Source: Alloascoidea hylecoeti (Eukaryota). Taken from it: a stretch of DNA of 64,000 nt. Below the pieces are notes generated by a model. The model was not told the DNA's origin. It searched no databases and saw only the letters and a list, made by a program, of their open reading frames with translations. The translations under genes and the position numbers were made by a program. Each line of letters starts with the position of its first letter. Position 1 is the stretch's first letter. Shown here piece after piece: positions 60,363 through 64,000 of this stretch. The stretch spans positions 1-64,000 of the forward strand of contig BCKZ01000019.1 of NCBI GenBank assembly GCA_001600815.1, read 5' to 3'.

Positions 60363-61343
60363 TTAAGATGACGATAAAGATTTTAAAATATTTGAAAGTG
60401 GTGGCAAGACAATACCAGTACCATTACCAGAATTTAAACTTTTATTAACAGTAGGAGTATAATAGTAAACATTTGGATGAATTTGGATATGTTGTTGTTG
60501 TGCACCAGTTAAATAACGATTATTATTAATGTTTGTTGTGTTATAAAACGGAGTTTTGGTAGTATCACGATCAATTATGGATGAAATAGATAAGCACGGT
60601 GAAGAAGTATCAACAGCCGAGGTATATCTTGACGGTATTGAATCGTCGGTTTGATAAGACATTACCGAAGAATTTGGAGAAGAGGGAGAAGGGGAAGCTG
60701 AATAATTTGAAATAAGTGAAGGGACCCTCGAAAAAGTATTAGCATTGCTACTTGTTGTTGTACATGGATTATTCAATAATAAGGGTGGTAATACAGTGGA
60801 TGTAGAAGAAGAGCGATACATGGATAAGCTCGAAAGACTTGGTAAATGTTGTTTTTGATTTTGCGTAGTATAACTTGGAGTTGAAAGCCTTTCGTAATCA
60901 GAATTACGGTCTTTAACTTCATTAGCTTCAAGATGGGCTATCCGCAACCTTATCTCGCTTTCAGTTTTGGAACACAGGATAACAGAAAGTTCATCGGGCG
61001 TTAATCCTCGGGCCACACGCGAAAACAGAATGTCATCTTCTTCTTGTGTCCATTTGCTATTTTTGGCACCAATAGTAGTGCTGGATAATGGAATTTTTGA
61101 TTTCATTGTAGAAGTATCATTACAAATATCATGATCAACAGAGGAGCTTTTCATGCGAGATTTTCTAGCAGTAGTGGTAGAGCCCGTGATGCTCTGCCTG
61201 AGCCTTCTCCACCGAAATTGGCAAGCATTTGGAGTACGATTTTCGAAGTGGGCGCTGATCTGCTTCCAGCCAAGTTTCTGTTCCTCTTTTAGATGTCGAA
61301 GAAGAGTATCGTGTTCAGAGGTCCAGGAAGTGGGAGAGGGCAT
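60363..61343 (-). CDS. DOT6: Myb/SANT transcription factor, Dot6/Tod6-like
   Basis: SWTSEHDTLLRHLKEEQKLGWKQISAHFENRTPNACQFRWRRLR, second degenerate Myb repeat WTQEEDDIL, Ser-rich tail. Confidence 0.82.
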   Translation of the reverse strand: MPSPTSWTSEHDTLLRHLKEEQKLGWKQISAHFENRTPNACQFRWRRLRQSITGSTTTARKSRMKSSSVDHDICNDTSTMKSKIPLSSTTIGAKNSKWTQEEDDILFSRVARGLTPDELSVILCSKTESEIRLRIAHLEANEVKDRNSDYERLSTPSYTTQNQKQHLPSLSSLSMYRSSSTSTVLPPLLLNNPCTTTSSNANTFSRVPSLISNYSASPSPSSPNSSVMSYQTDDSIPSRYTSAVDTSSPCLSISSIIDRDTTKTPFYNTTNINNNRYLTGAQQQHIQIHPNVYYYTPTVNKSLNSGNGTGIVLPPLSNILKSLSSS

Positions 61344-64000
61344 AATTATTAAGTAGAAAGGAAGAGAAGAGAGATGCAAGAAAAAGGAGAAAAAGATGGA
61401 GAAGAGGCAGACGGGGATAATAAATATAAAAAAAAAACAAAGGCCAGGATTTTCGTAAGAGGAAATATGATTTCTTAGGATTAAAATAGAAGGCCTTAAA
61501 AGTGAAAATAATCAGAGATGCCTCATTGAGCGAACCTGATGAAATAACGTAGAACGCTAGTTGTGCTGCAGTGTGGCATGCAGTAGTGCAGAGAGCCACC
61601 TTTAACACCTGTTACACCTGCCTGTTGCTTGTTTTTTACAATTGTTGCTGTGCGTGTGCATGCGTCACATCGTACTAAACACAATTGCAACACCTCGGAT
61701 TACCGATCATCTTTTTGCCTGACTGGAAGCGCCCCACTGCGTGGACTTTGTGCCTATCTCCCGTTGGGCCGGTCATCTTCTTAATCAGAACTCATCCAGA
61801 AGTCGTACCTGTGGAAAGATTCGTCTTCTCTTTTTCAAACGATCAACAATAAACAATAATCGCTCGAAAATCCTTGCTGTGAATGTTGTGAAACTTCTAA
61901 CCTCTAAATTTCCATGTTTCTATGCAATATAGTACGATGAGCTACATCGGATCTAACTAAAGCTTGCAATTTCTCAACGCCTGATCGGCCCAAACCCATC
62001 CAATTTATTTTTATAGTCGTTATTATATAATTATCATTATCGTCACCAGAACCGATCCATCGATCGGATTAATAATATTCCTACATATAGATAGCATATT
62101 CAGAAATTATACGACTGGTTGGAATTTCGATCAACCTCTAGCTCAATCATGATCATACATTTGAGTTTTTTTTGTAAGCAGGCCTCATGATATAAATGTT
62201 AGCGTTGAATGTCTTGGTTAATCCGTGCGTTAATTTTCACATTTCACATTTCATACCATCGATCTGCTGATGAGGTAACGTTTGTACAAAATTATTATTG
62301 TTTTCAGTTAGTAAGGCTCGAGCTCTAGATCTAAGTTTAAGGCACTACCTTTTTATATACCAGTAATTATATGTGCCTAACAGACAGCCTGGCATATTTG
62401 TTTTATTCTTTCATTTACTTTGTCATATTAATTGATGTTTATTATTTGATTTCATAATATTATAGAAGTGCTATAGTTTATGTAATTAACAAACCCGTAT
62501 CTCGAAAAGCCTCGATATATTGATCTTCATTTTCATTCTTGGTCCTAACAATAGCGATATCTCTACTCATTAATATTCATTGATATATCTTTCAAAATTC
62601 TTTATTCCAATATGGATCAATCTATTATAATTCTTTGAAAAATATTCATTTAAAATGATATTACCCCCATTCTATGCAATCGGGAATAAATACTATATTA
62701 ATACTATGGAATACAATACTCCGTAGCTATATCTATAGGTAACTAGTTATAATTCTGGTAGCAGCTATAAGCGAAGATCGGAGATTTTTGAAAGACACAA
62801 AACAATTGGATATCCATAATATGTAACACACAGCTATGTGTTATACGAGCAATAGCAACGAATTGTTATCAAAAAACGTCAATATATTGTAAATTTTTTG
62901 TTAAATGATGTGGCAGCGTGAGGGAGAAATAACACTCGATGACCATATGCATACGTACCAATCTATAAAAAGGATGACTTTTGTAATCGAGGGTCTTAAG
63001 GCTCTTAACCCGTGAACCAATAACATGGAGAAAAGAAAAAAAAAATCATTTGCCATTTATTATAATGAATTCTAATTGAAGATTTTGAGATATTTATAAA
63101 TTTACAAAAATGATAAAGGTGATGATGATGCACATGTTTGAATTATTAATTTCTGTTTTAGATTCATCTTATATTTAAATTTGAACCCAGTTAGCTATTT
63201 ATGGCAACTGCAAAACTTAATATAAAACTAATGGATAATAAATTAGAATGATAACTCGAGAGGGTTAATTGTAAATAATTACATGGAAAAATATGGTTTC
63301 AAACTAAATATTTACGTAATTTCTAATAATTTATATATAAATATCGATGGGTCTTCTATTTGTTTAGATCTAGATCTATCTTTATAATAATAAGGAAGCG
63401 GCAATTTTAATCATTCAGAATCATAACGCTTGATGTAAAATTAAAAAGTTTTTTGATGATGAATTACTTGAAAGCTTGGGCTAGGATAAGAGAAATAAAC
63501 TAGCTACCTTTCACATTATTCATCAATTAATTGATTGCAATTGCAACTGAATGCCCCGATGGTTATATTATATAATTATTAAGGTGAAATAATAATCTGG
63601 GGGTGGATCGAATACTTATTTAGTAAATATGCCTTAAGAATTCTTTCAAAATATATATTAATTATCCATGTTTGAGCTCGAGCTAAATCAAAAAGCTTGT
63701 GTAGATAAATACTAAATAGTTAACATTTCAATCTTTTATTATAATTATCATTCTTTTTATAGATCAATCTCGATCAAGAATCAAGAGGTTTAAAAGATAA
63801 AAATGAATATTCATGTGACCGATAGGTAAATTACGAAACAATTAAATAAATTCAGATTAAACGATCAATTGATTAGTGTTGCAATTTAATCTATTTTCAA
63901 TTCGAATTCTGTGCTAAAGTCTCACCTGTTGAAGTTCTATTGGTTACTACTTAGAGAACAATCCACATTTATTATTCAGCATGTGCATGATAACTCCATC

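Noticed and set aside
1..64000. tRNA, rRNA, CRISPR arrays, LTR retrotransposons
   Set aside because: None recognised by eye; the sequence is eukaryotic with no repeat-spacer periodicity or RT/integrase motifs. A tRNAscan/Infernal run would be needed to exclude small RNAs.

Overview
AT-rich eukaryotic nuclear DNA from an intron-rich budding yeast (Saccharomycotina). CTG reads as Leu, and the genome retains a complex I subunit, Cdt2 and a CBM1-GH45 cellulase; this fits an early-diverging lineage such as Dipodascaceae/Trichomonascaceae (inference). The window has three zones. (1) 1-3100 is a pseudogene graveyard: a deletion-riddled peroxisomal-type Lon protease and an F-box/WD40 relic. (2) 3278-49750 is a compact block of mostly housekeeping genes (SAC6, ERG27, CDC45, LCL2, SEN2, REX3, HFL1, AIM23, SED5, PRP6, RRB1, complex I B14, RIC1, COF1, RPO41, MOB2, CDT2, ARG2, RPC34), many spliced, with exons reconstructed by hand. 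(3) 49750-64000 is gene-poor and holds the endoglucanase, a TA-flanked MITE, Tc1/mariner relics and a Dot6/Tod6-like Myb gene. Most notable: an in-frame fusion of an Ntr2-like spliceosome factor to a tandem HIT-like domain, a catalytically dead Dicer/Rnt1-architecture protein with a Helitron helicase relic just downstream, a candidate cell-cycle PP1 adaptor, and a sharp GC island inside CDC45. All homology calls come from motif recognition, not database searches.
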